34,929 bases of DNA from positions 1-34,929 of IMG/VR virus record IMGVR_UViG_3300030090_005317; one strand, written 5' to 3'. Source of the DNA: a virus (lineage: Duplodnaviria > Caudoviricetes). Of the stretch, positions 1-8,239 are shown in pieces (position 1 is the first letter of the stretch; every line of letters begins with the position of its first letter). Under the pieces are notes generated by a model. It was not told where the DNA came from. It searched no databases and worked only from the letters and a program-made list of their open reading frames with translations. Made by a program: the position numbers and the translations under genes.

Positions 1-1037
1 ACCTTCTCAGGAAAGCGCCCCTCGGTGATCGGACAATTCTCGACCAAATCCCGTATGCGACCCGCATACTCACTGGCCCACAGACCCCGACCATACCACT
101 CCGCAACACGAACAGAGATGTTCTTGTTCAAAACCTCACTGAATCCATAACACCACAAACCGAAGCTCGTATAGTCATTCTCGCCATAATCCAGACTACC
201 GTAAACCTTCCAATCATCAGGAACCGTTTCATGACCCGACAACTCAACAAACTCACGACAATGAACCTTCGGGTTAAACATCACGAAGAACTTGCCGAAG
301 AAGACGTTGAAATCACCATCCAGCCACGCCTTCTCCAGCTGCTCATTGCCGTCACATGAGTCTCGAATCAGCTGTATATACTGTGGGTTCGCATCCAGCA
401 TCAACTTGTTTTCTCTGACCGTACTTCGTAAAAACCATCTGGTAACCTCCGTGCCCGTCTCCGGGTCACGGGAGACCACTATAGGGCCATCACCCACAGT
501 CCCATCAGGAATACGAAAATACTCCTTGATCCACCCCAACCCCACACCACCGGGATTTCCAGTAGCCCTGATCCTTCTAGGAACACCCCTGCGCGTACCA
601 CGCAACGTACTCTTCAAACGCCGATACGGACCACCCGTAGGCCAGTGAGGCAACTCATCCCAACCCAGCCAGCTATACTCCAAGCCCAGATGCTTCTCGG
701 CATCCCGGTCCTTCTCCATATGAAAAAACTGTAACCACGCACCATTCGGGAACCTCCACAACAAATCACTCTCCCGAAACTGCGCCTCTGGCCACAGATC
801 CTTGTACAACTCAAGACTACGCTCTATGATCCTCCGAAACTGACTATACGTCCGCCGAAACAATATCCCCTTCCAATCACTCCCCCACTCCACCACACCA
901 CTGGCATAATCCATCAACAAACTGTCTGTCTTACCACCACCACGATTCCCACCATAAAACACCTCATCCACCACACCACGCGTCTCCATAAAATCTACCT
1001 GACTGCCATCCTGAGGTTCCCACACACTACCACCCAC
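1..1037 (-). CDS. terL: Terminase large subunit, N-terminal ATPase part (runs off the window start)
   Basis: Manual translation from GTG 1037: MGGVVWEPQDGSQVDF...EVFYGGNRGGGKT (Walker A)...ILFRRTY...YSWLGWDELPHW (Walker B)...RIRATGNPGGVG (coupling motif). Absent from the ORF track because it has no stop in the window. Confidence 0.93.
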   Translation of the reverse strand, partial: MGGSVWEPQDGSQVDFMETRGVVDEVFYGGNRGGGKTDSLLMDYASGVVEWGSDWKGILFRRTYSQFRRIIERSLELYKDLWPEAQFRESDLLWRFPNGAWLQFFHMEKDRDAEKHLGLEYSWLGWDELPHWPTGGPYRRLKSTLRGTRRGVPRRIRATGNPGGVGLGWIKEYFRIPDGTVGDGPIVVSRDPETGTEVTRWFLRSTVRENKLMLDANPQYIQLIRDSCDGNEQLEKAWLDGDFNVFFGKFFVMFNPKVHCREFVELSGHETVPDDWKVYGSLDYGENDYTSFGLWCYGFSEVLNKNISVRVAEWYGRGLWASEYAGRIRDLVENCPITEGRFPEK

Positions 1038-1082
1038 TATACCACCCCCAGAACCCAACAACTCCACGCCCTCAACAGCCAT

Positions 1083-1253
1083 TCAAATCACCTTTGACAT
1101 ATACGAATAAACAACCCTGCCACCCTCAATACCACGCCACGGAACATACAACCGACCATCGCGTATGTGTATCCCGTCCTCCTCAATCTCCACATCATGC
1201 ACCGTAGGGTTACTCCCACGAACAATCCTCTCCAATTCCTCTATTGTCTCCAT
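1083..1253 (-). CDS. Small hypothetical protein, 56 aa (METIEELERIVRGSNPTVHDVEIEEDG...)
   Basis: Manual translation; ATG preceded by AGGGA; same G/T-rich codon style as terL. Confidence 0.6.
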   Translation of the reverse strand: METIEELERIVRGSNPTVHDVEIEEDGIHIRDGRLYVPWRGIEGGRVVYSYMSKVI

Positions 1254-1508
1254 AATCCCTAACCCCTAACGTTCCACGTGAAACACTCTGGAGAAAACGT
1301 ATACACAACACATACTATACGCAATATGTACACTGTACAACAAGTCCCTATCTGTAGTAGAAAAGGTATGTAACGTAGAAATTGAAAAAATTCCTCGAGC
1401 AGTAGATTACCCAAGCCCCCCAAGGGGGTGTGGGTAATGTACCCCCCCCTCCAGAGCTCGCCAAACCTTGGCGATCTCAGCCCCGGTGTCAAGATCTTTT
1501 TCAGGTGC

Positions 1509-1675
1509 ACACGCATTGGTGTACAGGAGGTGGTGTACACGTATTGGTGTGCATTGCCTATTTGCTATCGTATGCATATGGCAAACGTGCATATGGCAAA
1601 CGTACACGTATTGGTGTTCGTTGTCTATTTGCTATCGCCATGGTCGTTACCTATTTGCTATGCCGTACAGTGTAC
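1509..1675. repeat. Cluster of short direct repeats
   Basis: CTATTTGCTAT x3 (1558, 1625, 1651); GCATATGGCAAACGT x2 in tandem (1574, 1589); ACACGYATTGGTGT x3 (1509, 1537, 1604). Confidence 0.85.
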
Positions 1676-1703
1676 GAGATAGAATGATCTCTCTAAAAAG
1701 AGC

Positions 1704-1732
1704 TTTGTGTTTCCCAGTAAAATCCGTATATT
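1704..1732 (+). promoter_or_regulatory. Putative sigma70-type promoter with a weak -35
   Basis: TTTGTG-N17-TATATT; same -10 as the other promoters in the window. Confidence 0.5.
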
Positions 1733-1853
1733 ATGTCTGTAGTTGGGAAACACAAAGACGCGGTCCCACAAGCTGGCGCAACACCGGCCCCTTGCACGCG
1801 CAACTCTTTGTCAACTGAATAGGATAGGACGCGCGCCAATTGGAGATACACAC

Positions 1854-2684
1854 ATGGCACGCAAAGCAAAAGCAACGAATGTTACAGAAGCATTTGTCAG
1901 GAGTGCTGAACAGCATCTCGCCAAAATGGGCGGCCAGTTTCATTCGGCCGTCCTGATGTTCGTACTCGCTCTTTCGGAAGCGATTCGCAAAGAGCTATAC
2001 GTGGATGAGGAAAAGAAGCCTCGTTCGATTAAGTGGGTGATGAAGTATAAGGTGCCCAGCTACATCGACGATGTTTCTGCTGGAACGCTGGAACGGTGCA
2101 TCAAGGGCTGTCTGGGGATTATGACCAGTTGGGGTTTCACGTATGACCAGCTGGCCAACGAGACGGCCGCAGTAAAGTACCGAATGTTCCATCTACTTCG
2201 CCCCTTCTGTAAAGACGAGGCGAAGTGGAATTCCGATGGTCGACCGAACAAGGCCGAAATTGCCCAATGGCTGAAAGGCAAGAAAGGCCATCAATCGGAG
2301 GACGTCCAGAAACGTATGGGAAAGAAAAAGGCCCAAACGACGACGACGACGACGACCGATACGACCGACGATGCACCGGCGAACCCCCTTGTCAGTCTGG
2401 GCAACGGAATCAGCGCAGTTAGGAACGACAAGAAAGGGCTCGTTGACGGTCAGGCTCTCAAGACTAACGCATTCGCGTTGGTCGCCCTGATGGACGAGGC
2501 GACTCAGATCGAGTTTTACGAGGAACTTCGGGGCTACAAAAGCATCGTAGCAGAGCGGGAGCGGAGAGCCAAAGAAGCACAGAAGCAGACACAGAAGCAG
2601 ACGCCGAAGGCGAAGGCGACCAGCAAACGGAAGCCTGCCAGACGGAAGCCTGCCAAGCGGTCTCGGAAGGTAGCAAGTAAGTAA
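1854..2684 (+). CDS. Hypothetical protein with a poly-Thr linker and Lys/Arg-rich C-terminal tail (possible DNA-binding early protein)
   Basis: ORF track 1743..2684; ATG 1854 preceded by SD ATTGGAGATAC; tail PKAKATSKRKPARRKPAKRSRKVASK. Confidence 0.8.
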   Translation: MARKAKATNVTEAFVRSAEQHLAKMGGQFHSAVLMFVLALSEAIRKELYVDEEKKPRSIKWVMKYKVPSYIDDVSAGTLERCIKGCLGIMTSWGFTYDQLANETAAVKYRMFHLLRPFCKDEAKWNSDGRPNKAEIAQWLKGKKGHQSEDVQKRMGKKKAQTTTTTTTDTTDDAPANPLVSLGNGISAVRNDKKGLVDGQALKTNAFALVALMDEATQIEFYEELRGYKSIVAERERRAKEAQKQTQKQTPKAKATSKRKPARRKPAKRSRKVASK

Positions 2685-2719
2685 CACATAACCCAGCGTG
2701 TCCTATCCTATTCAGACCT

Positions 2720-2755
2720 AACCCCCCGGTGGATCGACCATCGGGGGGTTTTCTT
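2720..2755 (+). terminator. Rho-independent terminator
   Basis: AACCCCCCGGTGG-atcga-CCATCGGGGGGTT followed by TTCTT. Confidence 0.85.
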
Positions 2756-2822
2756 GTGCCTATAACCGTACAGTGTACCAGATACCAGGCAGTGACACCC
2801 GTACAGTGTACCGATCTTTGTT

Positions 2823-2922
2823 TTCCATACCCCCCATACCCCCCATACCCCCCCCATCGTTAGACGATGGTGCCGTTACCATCATCTAACGATGGTGCCC
2901 CCCCGGTATGGGGGGTATGGAA
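2823..2922. repeat. Nested inverted repeat with C/G-run tandem units
   Basis: Perfect 18-bp outer arms TTCCATACCCCCCATACC / GGTATGGGGGGTATGGAA; inner arms CCATCGTTAGACGATGGT / ACCATCATCTAACGATGG. Confidence 0.85.
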
Positions 2923-3441
2923 TGGCAAAGGCTGGCCTTTGCCAATGGCAAACGATGGTACGTTTGCATATAGCAAACGATGGTGTGCTATATGCACATG
3001 TGCTATCCGCAAACGATGGTTTACTATCCGCTAACCATCCATATGCTATGGCTTCCGTACAGTGTACGGAAGATTTGCCATGTGCTAGGCATAAAATGGT
3101 ATGCAAATGGCATATATGGCATCGTTTGCGGTGTGCTATGGCATAACCAAGGGCATATATGGCCCCTTTTTGCTATAAAATGGCGGCCGGTCGGCACCTT
3201 CATTGGGCTTCATTGGATCTTCATAGCGTTGGTGTGTGTATATGTGTGGTACACGTGTACGGTATTGAGTTGATAGGGAGTATATATACGTATAGAGATT
3301 GATAGAGGATCAATATCTGATTGAATAGTTATGCCATGTGTAATGGTATAGAGTGGAGTATCTATATGGTATTGCTACCTTAGCTATGGTATAGCAAGTA
3401 AGGCCTGTTATAGCTCTTATTTATTTTTATTTTACATTAAC

Positions 3442-3470
3442 TTGACTAATACTAGTAAATGTTGTATATT
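3442..3470 (+). promoter_or_regulatory. Sigma70-type promoter
   Basis: TTGACT-N17-TATATT with an AT-rich, UP-element-like tract upstream. Confidence 0.8.
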
Positions 3471-3605
3471 TGGGTGTTGTTAGGAAGGTGGTTGACACGG
3501 CGTTACAAGTGAGTAGGTCGTCTTTACGGCGGCCGGACAAGTAGTCTAATTCTAGCCGTACAGTGTACGGATGGACCATATCACTTAACCGATTGGAGAT
3601 ACGCT

Positions 3606-4460
3606 ATGTCAGCAACCAAGAAGAAAACCACTGTCGTCGACAGCGTGAAGATTACGCTGGCCTTGCTCACAAGCAAAGCAACGGCGATGCTGTCCGCGAT
3701 GCAGAAGAGCGAAGGTGAAACGTTGGACTTCGTTGTTCACGCGGCGGAAGGCGTCCGCACGGAGTTGGTGGAGAGCGCGGCTTCGGCTCTCACGTCTGCA
3801 GGTATCACCGAGAAGTCCGGTGTAAAGCCGAGCTTCTCGGGGATGGAGCGTTACGTCAGGGAGTGCATTAAGTATCGTGCTCTCTACTCCGTGGACGATC
3901 TTCTCACGATTCCCGCCTCGGCGCGGAATTTCCAGATCGTCGCAAGTGCTCTCAAGTTCGTCGGCGAAACGGTCGGCGAAGGTAAGAGTGCCAAGAAGTT
4001 CACGAAGGCGGGAGTCACACGCCTTCTGAAGAAGGCCAATGTTCAGGCGTCGGATGTAAAGTCTGCCACTGGACAGGCCGTGGGCGGTGGAACCGGGAAC
4101 AACTCAAACTCCGGTTCCGGTAACAGTGACGACAGCGGGAGTGGGAGCGGGGGCGAGTTGGTCAGTAACTTTACTGTCCATCTCGCGAACGCGAACACCA
4201 TCCTTCGCCGTATGGCGGAGGGAGGGGCGGACCTCGGCAAGAACGAGAGGGCCGCAATCGTCAGCAACATTCGCGGACTGATCGCGCACGTCGATGCCGC
4301 AGACTTGCGCACCATCTGCACCTTCTGCACCACCCGCCTCAACTCTATGGAGAAGGGGGCGGACACGAAGGGCAAGGCATCCGCGAAGAACGGCAGGGCG
4401 AAGACGCCTAAAACGGCATCTTCCAAGAAAAGCCCTGCAAAGGTCAAGAAGGCCTCATAG
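3606..4460 (+). CDS. Hypothetical protein with a Gly/Ser/Asn linker and Lys/Ala-rich, H1-like C-terminal tail
   Basis: 284-aa ORF; SD ATTGGAGATAC identical to that of gene 1854; tail AKTPKTASSKKSPAKVKKAS. Confidence 0.8.
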   Translation: MSATKKKTTVVDSVKITLALLTSKATAMLSAMQKSEGETLDFVVHAAEGVRTELVESAASALTSAGITEKSGVKPSFSGMERYVRECIKYRALYSVDDLLTIPASARNFQIVASALKFVGETVGEGKSAKKFTKAGVTRLLKKANVQASDVKSATGQAVGGGTGNNSNSGSGNSDDSGSGSGGELVSNFTVHLANANTILRRMAEGGADLGKNERAAIVSNIRGLIAHVDAADLRTICTFCTTRLNSMEKGADTKGKASAKNGRAKTPKTASSKKSPAKVKKAS

Positions 4461-4496
4461 AGGCCCTCTGAGAGCCGATCAGCCACCTTCCTAACC

Positions 4497-4540
4497 GAAA
4501 CAGCCCCTAGAATTTAATTGATTCTAGGGGCTGTTTCTTT
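4497..4540. terminator. Probably bidirectional Rho-independent terminator
   Basis: 17-bp stem GAAACAGCCCCTAGAAT / ATTCTAGGGGCTGTTTC between convergent genes. Confidence 0.85.
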
Positions 4541-4598
4541 GCCTACGGCGGTACAGTGTACGAGCGACCGATACAGTGTACCAGCGGCTCCTGTCGGG

Positions 4599-5114
4599 CT
4601 ACAACTCCTCAACTATGATGGCCTCCACAACCTGACCATTCACCTTCGCCCTCTTCGCTCGACGCTCCAGCATCTCTTCGTGGGTCTTTGGCGGCGGTGG
4701 GAGCTGCGGACGCGTCATCTGCACCTTATGCTCCGTCATCTGCTTCACACCGTACAGGTCATTACGCGTACGCTCAAGAACCCACGCCTTACCCTGCCAG
4801 CCTTTATCGCCCTTCTTGATCTCTTCAATCAGCTTCACCTCTGCCTTCGCCAACGCTTGCTCCACGTTGTCAGCAAACTGCACGTATATGCTCTTCTCCA
4901 CGCTGGCAGAGATGTCTGCGTGTGCCTGATTCAGCCACCTGTCGTACGTGCGCTTGGTCACTCCCGCCGCCGCACATGCCGTTTTCACATAGTTGCCCTC
5001 CTCGATGGTGGCGCACACCACCTTGATCAGGGCAGTCGTGATCTTCGTGCGGGTACGGTAATGCGATGTGACACGACGCAAGCCACCATCATCTTCTTCT
5101 TCTTCTTCAGCCAC
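4599..5114 (-). CDS. terS: Terminase small subunit (HTH type)
   Basis: GNYVKTACAAAGVTKRTYDRWL HTH and WQGKAWVLER motif typical of phage small terminases; probable GTG start at 5114 after GAGAGG (ORF track extends to 5213); same strand as terL. Confidence 0.7.
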   Translation of the reverse strand: MAEEEEEDDGGLRRVTSHYRTRTKITTALIKVVCATIEEGNYVKTACAAAGVTKRTYDRWLNQAHADISASVEKSIYVQFADNVEQALAKAEVKLIEEIKKGDKGWQGKAWVLERTRNDLYGVKQMTEHKVQMTRPQLPPPPKTHEEMLERRAKRAKVNGQVVEAIIVEEL

Positions 5115-5204
5115 TTTCCTCTCCGAGTAGAACATCTGTGGGATTACTAACAATCTACGCATAATATCTGTCTCAGTCACATAAAAGTTTTTTCTAAAAA
5201 GTAC

Positions 5205-5233
5205 TTGCTTCATATACCTATTTTACTTATATT
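5205..5233 (+). promoter_or_regulatory. Sigma70-type promoter, divergent from terS
   Basis: TTGCTT-N17-TATATT(ATAGT). Confidence 0.7.
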
Positions 5234-5237
5234 ATAG

Positions 5238-5800
5238 TGTCGGACCGCACCTCTTAACGCCGTCCGACATCTTCTTGTTTTTGTTTGAGCCGCTTTTTCA
5301 AGCGGTGGGGCAACTGGCTCTGCCCCAAACAGTTACGTGACTCGTACACTGTACGAGTTAAACGCTCTTTCACATACCAGAGTTGGTAATTGGTAGACGG
5401 TCTGTTACCGGACACGCAGGTAACGCTACCGGATAGCCAGAACCGAAAGTAGGTGCCACCCGATGGGTCACAGGGACGTGACGCAGGACGTGTGGACCGA
5501 GGATAGGTGAAACGCAACGCGCCTCTTTTCCGAAGAGAGAGGCAATGGAGTCGATGTTGTTGCGTATACGGCGACAGGAGGCAGACCAAATCGCGGACGT
5601 TCGTCACGTCAGGTGGGCCAAAAGCCCCGCACTCCCTGTGGAGAACCCCCGTATTCCGAAGGACGGGGAGCCGTACAGTGTACAGCCTGACTAAGCTACA
5701 TCGTGCGAAGTGACGAGAGTAACGCCCTAGAGTGATCCCCACGGGACGCCACAGGCAGATGCTGAAACGCGACTACATCGTAAGATCCAACAAACCATAT
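5238..5800 (+). ncRNA. Candidate large structured non-coding RNA or long leader
   Basis: No ORF with an SD; successive hairpins such as TGTCGGAC/GTCCGACA, CCGCTT/AAGCGG, TGGGGCA/TGCCCCA, ACTCGTAC/GTACGAGT, GCCTCTTTTC/GAGAGAGGC, CCCCGT/ACGGGG. Confidence 0.45.
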
Positions 5801-5848
5801 TGACAATGACACCCACATTACTTTTGTGACACCAACCGGAGGACACAT

Positions 5849-6100
5849 ATGAACTGGTCGCCATCGAAATGGATATACACCATCGGTCTGGAGAAAGAGG
5901 AGCGTCGATTCAGCCCCTCAGTTGCCAGACATAGCAAGCAGTGCAAGAAAGCCTTGCACCGTGACGACAGACGAAAGACCAACAACAAGCTGGTGACGCT
6001 GACTGAAGAGGACCTCACCAGCTTCAACACCACACCCAGTACACTGTACGTGGCACCGTTGACGATGTATGTCAACGGACGCCTTCGACCCTGCAAATAG
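5849..6100 (+). CDS. Hypothetical protein
   Basis: 83-aa ORF, GGAGG SD. Confidence 0.65.
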   Translation: MNWSPSKWIYTIGLEKEERRFSPSVARHSKQCKKALHRDDRRKTNNKLVTLTEEDLTSFNTTPSTLYVAPLTMYVNGRLRPCK

Positions 6101-6117
6101 GAAAGGAGGGTATTCAA

Positions 6118-6423
6118 ATGAATATAGTCGTTACGCGACACAAGGCTTTAGTAGAGTTCCTGATCAAGAGGAAGATGATCGGAGCCAATACCCCGATCAT
6201 CGCCCACGCTACCGAGAAGGACGTCTTGGGCAAGGACGTTATCGGAGTCCTGCCCCTGAGATTGGCAGCACTAGCTGCCAGTGTCACCGAAGTCCCCATG
6301 GACATCCCGGCGGAGCTTCGGGGACAGGAACTATCCCTTGAACAGGTTGAAGCCTTCTCAGGCGAACCTGTGAAGTATACGGTCGCAAGGTGGAGATTGA
6401 CGACTCAGGGGGTATCCAAATGA
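6118..6423 (+). CDS. csx16: Csx16 (VVA1548)-like protein; candidate cyclic-oligoadenylate ring nuclease / anti-type III CRISPR
   Basis: Motifs VVTRH, VIGVLPLRLAA and ELRGQELSLEQVE match the Csx16 family pattern (VTRH...VIGTLPxHLAA...RGxELS); AGGAGG SD. Confidence 0.7.
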   Translation: MNIVVTRHKALVEFLIKRKMIGANTPIIAHATEKDVLGKDVIGVLPLRLAALAASVTEVPMDIPAELRGQELSLEQVEAFSGEPVKYTVARWRLTTQGVSK

Positions 6424-6884
6424 ATACCTACGAACTCTGCCTCACCGGACAAGCTGGTGCTACCGACGATCTGGTCAAGTGGGTGGCGGCACCGCACAAG
6501 GAAGCCGTCCACATGTTCACCGACCTGCACAATGTGAACGCACAGAGCGTCGAATGCATCAACAGTGACGTGGACGACGACTCGACCATCGACGTTCGCA
6601 TCCGAGCGAACGGTACAGTGTACGAGTCGGAGGCACCCAAGGCGTGGTGGACGCCGCGCTCCTTCGCGGTGCCGCTGAACGAAAGCCAGCGCAAGAGTGC
6701 TGTGTTCGCAGAGGCACTGCTCTCGTTTCTGGCTGTGCCGATGATGTACGAGCTGGACGAGTTGGAAGCCAGCGTCCGCTCGTTCGCACGGGACGAGGAC
6801 GAAACCCGTACGGCACTGTGCGAAGCAGTGCTGGCATACATCGAAGCAGAACGCAAAGACAGGAGGACAGATGAGGATCATTAA
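6420..6884 (+). CDS. Hypothetical protein
   Basis: ATGA overlap with the upstream stop; about 154 aa. Confidence 0.7.
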   Translation: MNTYELCLTGQAGATDDLVKWVAAPHKEAVHMFTDLHNVNAQSVECINSDVDDDSTIDVRIRANGTVYESEAPKAWWTPRSFAVPLNESQRKSAVFAEALLSFLAVPMMYELDELEASVRSFARDEDETRTALCEAVLAYIEAERKDRRTDEDH

Positions 6885-7260
6885 GGAGGCGCAGACAGTA
6901 CGTTCCGAAGAATATTTACGTCGCTTCGACTTCGCAGACAGCCCCGGCTCAGGACTCAGCTTCACGTGCAACGCCAAAGGCCGACCCCTGATCCACAGGC
7001 TGAACGAAAGCTCCCGTAAGACCCTGCGGGAATGCCTTGCGGGTGAGGTAGACGGACGCAAGATGATCGACCGAGGCGTCCGGGACTACAGCAAGGACGT
7101 GCGCGAACCCGCAGAGGGCATCTGTGACGTGTGCAGGGCCACGGTCGTGCTGGCTAATACCTGGGCGTCACCCTGCGAGTGCGGCACAGAGTACAACGGC
7201 TCGGGACAACGTCTTGCCCCGCGCAGTCAGTGGGGCGAGGAAACAGGAGAGACATTCTGA
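6871..7260 (+). CDS. Hypothetical protein with a C-terminal Zn-ribbon-like motif
   Basis: CDVC...CECG motif; AGGAGG SD. Confidence 0.7.
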   Translation: MRIIKEAQTVRSEEYLRRFDFADSPGSGLSFTCNAKGRPLIHRLNESSRKTLRECLAGEVDGRKMIDRGVRDYSKDVREPAEGICDVCRATVVLANTWASPCECGTEYNGSGQRLAPRSQWGEETGETF

Positions 7261-7308
7261 ATTGTCTACGTAGGGCGCAGCGAACAACCAACCACAGGAG
7301 AGACGGCG

Positions 7309-7539
7309 ATGGCAGACCTCTACGCAACAATCGAAGACGGACGAATCAAGTTCAGCGACTTTCGTGTAGACTACAACCCGGAGATCCTTGGAGACTTCGA
7401 CCTCGACGATACGGACGAGATCCTCAACTTCATCACCGGCAGTTCGGTCACCTGCTCTTCGAGCGTCGACTTCCCCGAAGAGTATGGCGGAACGCGAGAG
7501 CAGATCGCCCGGATCTTCAAGAGCCGTTCACACAGTTAA
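7309..7539 (+). CDS. Small acidic hypothetical protein
   Basis: 76 aa, AGGAG SD. Confidence 0.7.
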   Translation: MADLYATIEDGRIKFSDFRVDYNPEILGDFDLDDTDEILNFITGSSVTCSSSVDFPEEYGGTREQIARIFKSRSHS

Positions 7540-7558
7540 GGGAGATAGGAGACACCCA

Positions 7559-7777
7559 ATGGCAACAAGAAAGGCAATACCCACGGTCGTGGTTGGTGAC
7601 GAGGCTGTAACCGCCTCATCAGGTATGCGTGACAGCATCGAGGTTACGCGAGATGCGAAGGGGTTATTCAAGTTCGTGGTCAAAATGTACTTCGACCGCA
7701 AATCAGAGGGGGAAAAGGCAGTAGTAGAGTCTGCCTTGCAGGTATACGAAAACCTTTCTGACAGGTTCGAGAGATGA
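7559..7777 (+). CDS. Hypothetical protein
   Basis: ATG 7559 after AGGAG; MATRKAIP... Confidence 0.7.
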   Translation: MATRKAIPTVVVGDEAVTASSGMRDSIEVTRDAKGLFKFVVKMYFDRKSEGEKAVVESALQVYENLSDRFER

Positions 7778-8031
7778 ACGAACTACCCATCTCACCCTGC
7801 GTAAGGTCTGGATACTGCTGTAAGAAGTCTGCTTGTTGGGCAGGCCAGATGGGAAGAGATGGATGTATCCACCTCGTTGGCCCAAAACCGGGCCAGTACA
7901 AGTGTGCCATAGCGCACTGGATCAAAAAGCAGAGAGGGGCTGAGGTGTCCCCCGCATTTGGCGCGGGATGCTGTTCACCCCTTAACACAACAAGAAGGGA
8001 GGTTGTTAATGGCCTTCACAAAGGAGGCTGA
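7774..8031 (+). CDS. Cys-rich putative metal/Fe-S binding protein (YkgJ-like)
   Basis: CVRSGYCC..SAC...GCIHL...YKCAI pattern; ATGA overlap. Confidence 0.6.
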   Translation: MNELPISPCVRSGYCCKKSACWAGQMGRDGCIHLVGPKPGQYKCAIAHWIKKQRGAEVSPAFGAGCCSPLNTTRREVVNGLHKGG

Positions 8032-8215
8032 GAAAGAGAGATTCGCCAAGATGCCGAAAGCCGGAATCATCGAACGTACACTGTACAAATGGGCACTAAG
8101 GCTTGACAAGAAAGGAAGGAAGCTAGAACAGAAAAGGATAGACAAAGCCCCACCGTGTTCGTGTGGAGACCCTCACTGTGAGAGAAACACAGCGCAGGGT
8201 CTTTTTTGGTCCTAG
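8009..8215 (+). CDS. Hypothetical protein
   Basis: GGAGG SD before ATG 8009; CSCGDPHC motif. Confidence 0.6.
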   Translation: MAFTKEAEKERFAKMPKAGIIERTLYKWALRLDKKGRKLEQKRIDKAPPCSCGDPHCERNTAQGLFWS

Positions 8216-8239
8216 AACTCCCAACGAAGGAGAGCCCGG

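Noticed and set aside
292-814. ORF-track entries 292..648 (+) and 614..814 (-)
   Set aside because: Shadow ORFs of terL
1815-2715. Transposon terminal inverted repeats
   Set aside because: No transposase motifs or target-site duplication; the arms lie within the predicted transcript and the mismatch is G-U compatible
4518-5150. 210-aa plus-strand ORF
   Set aside because: Antisense shadow of terS that starts inside a terminator
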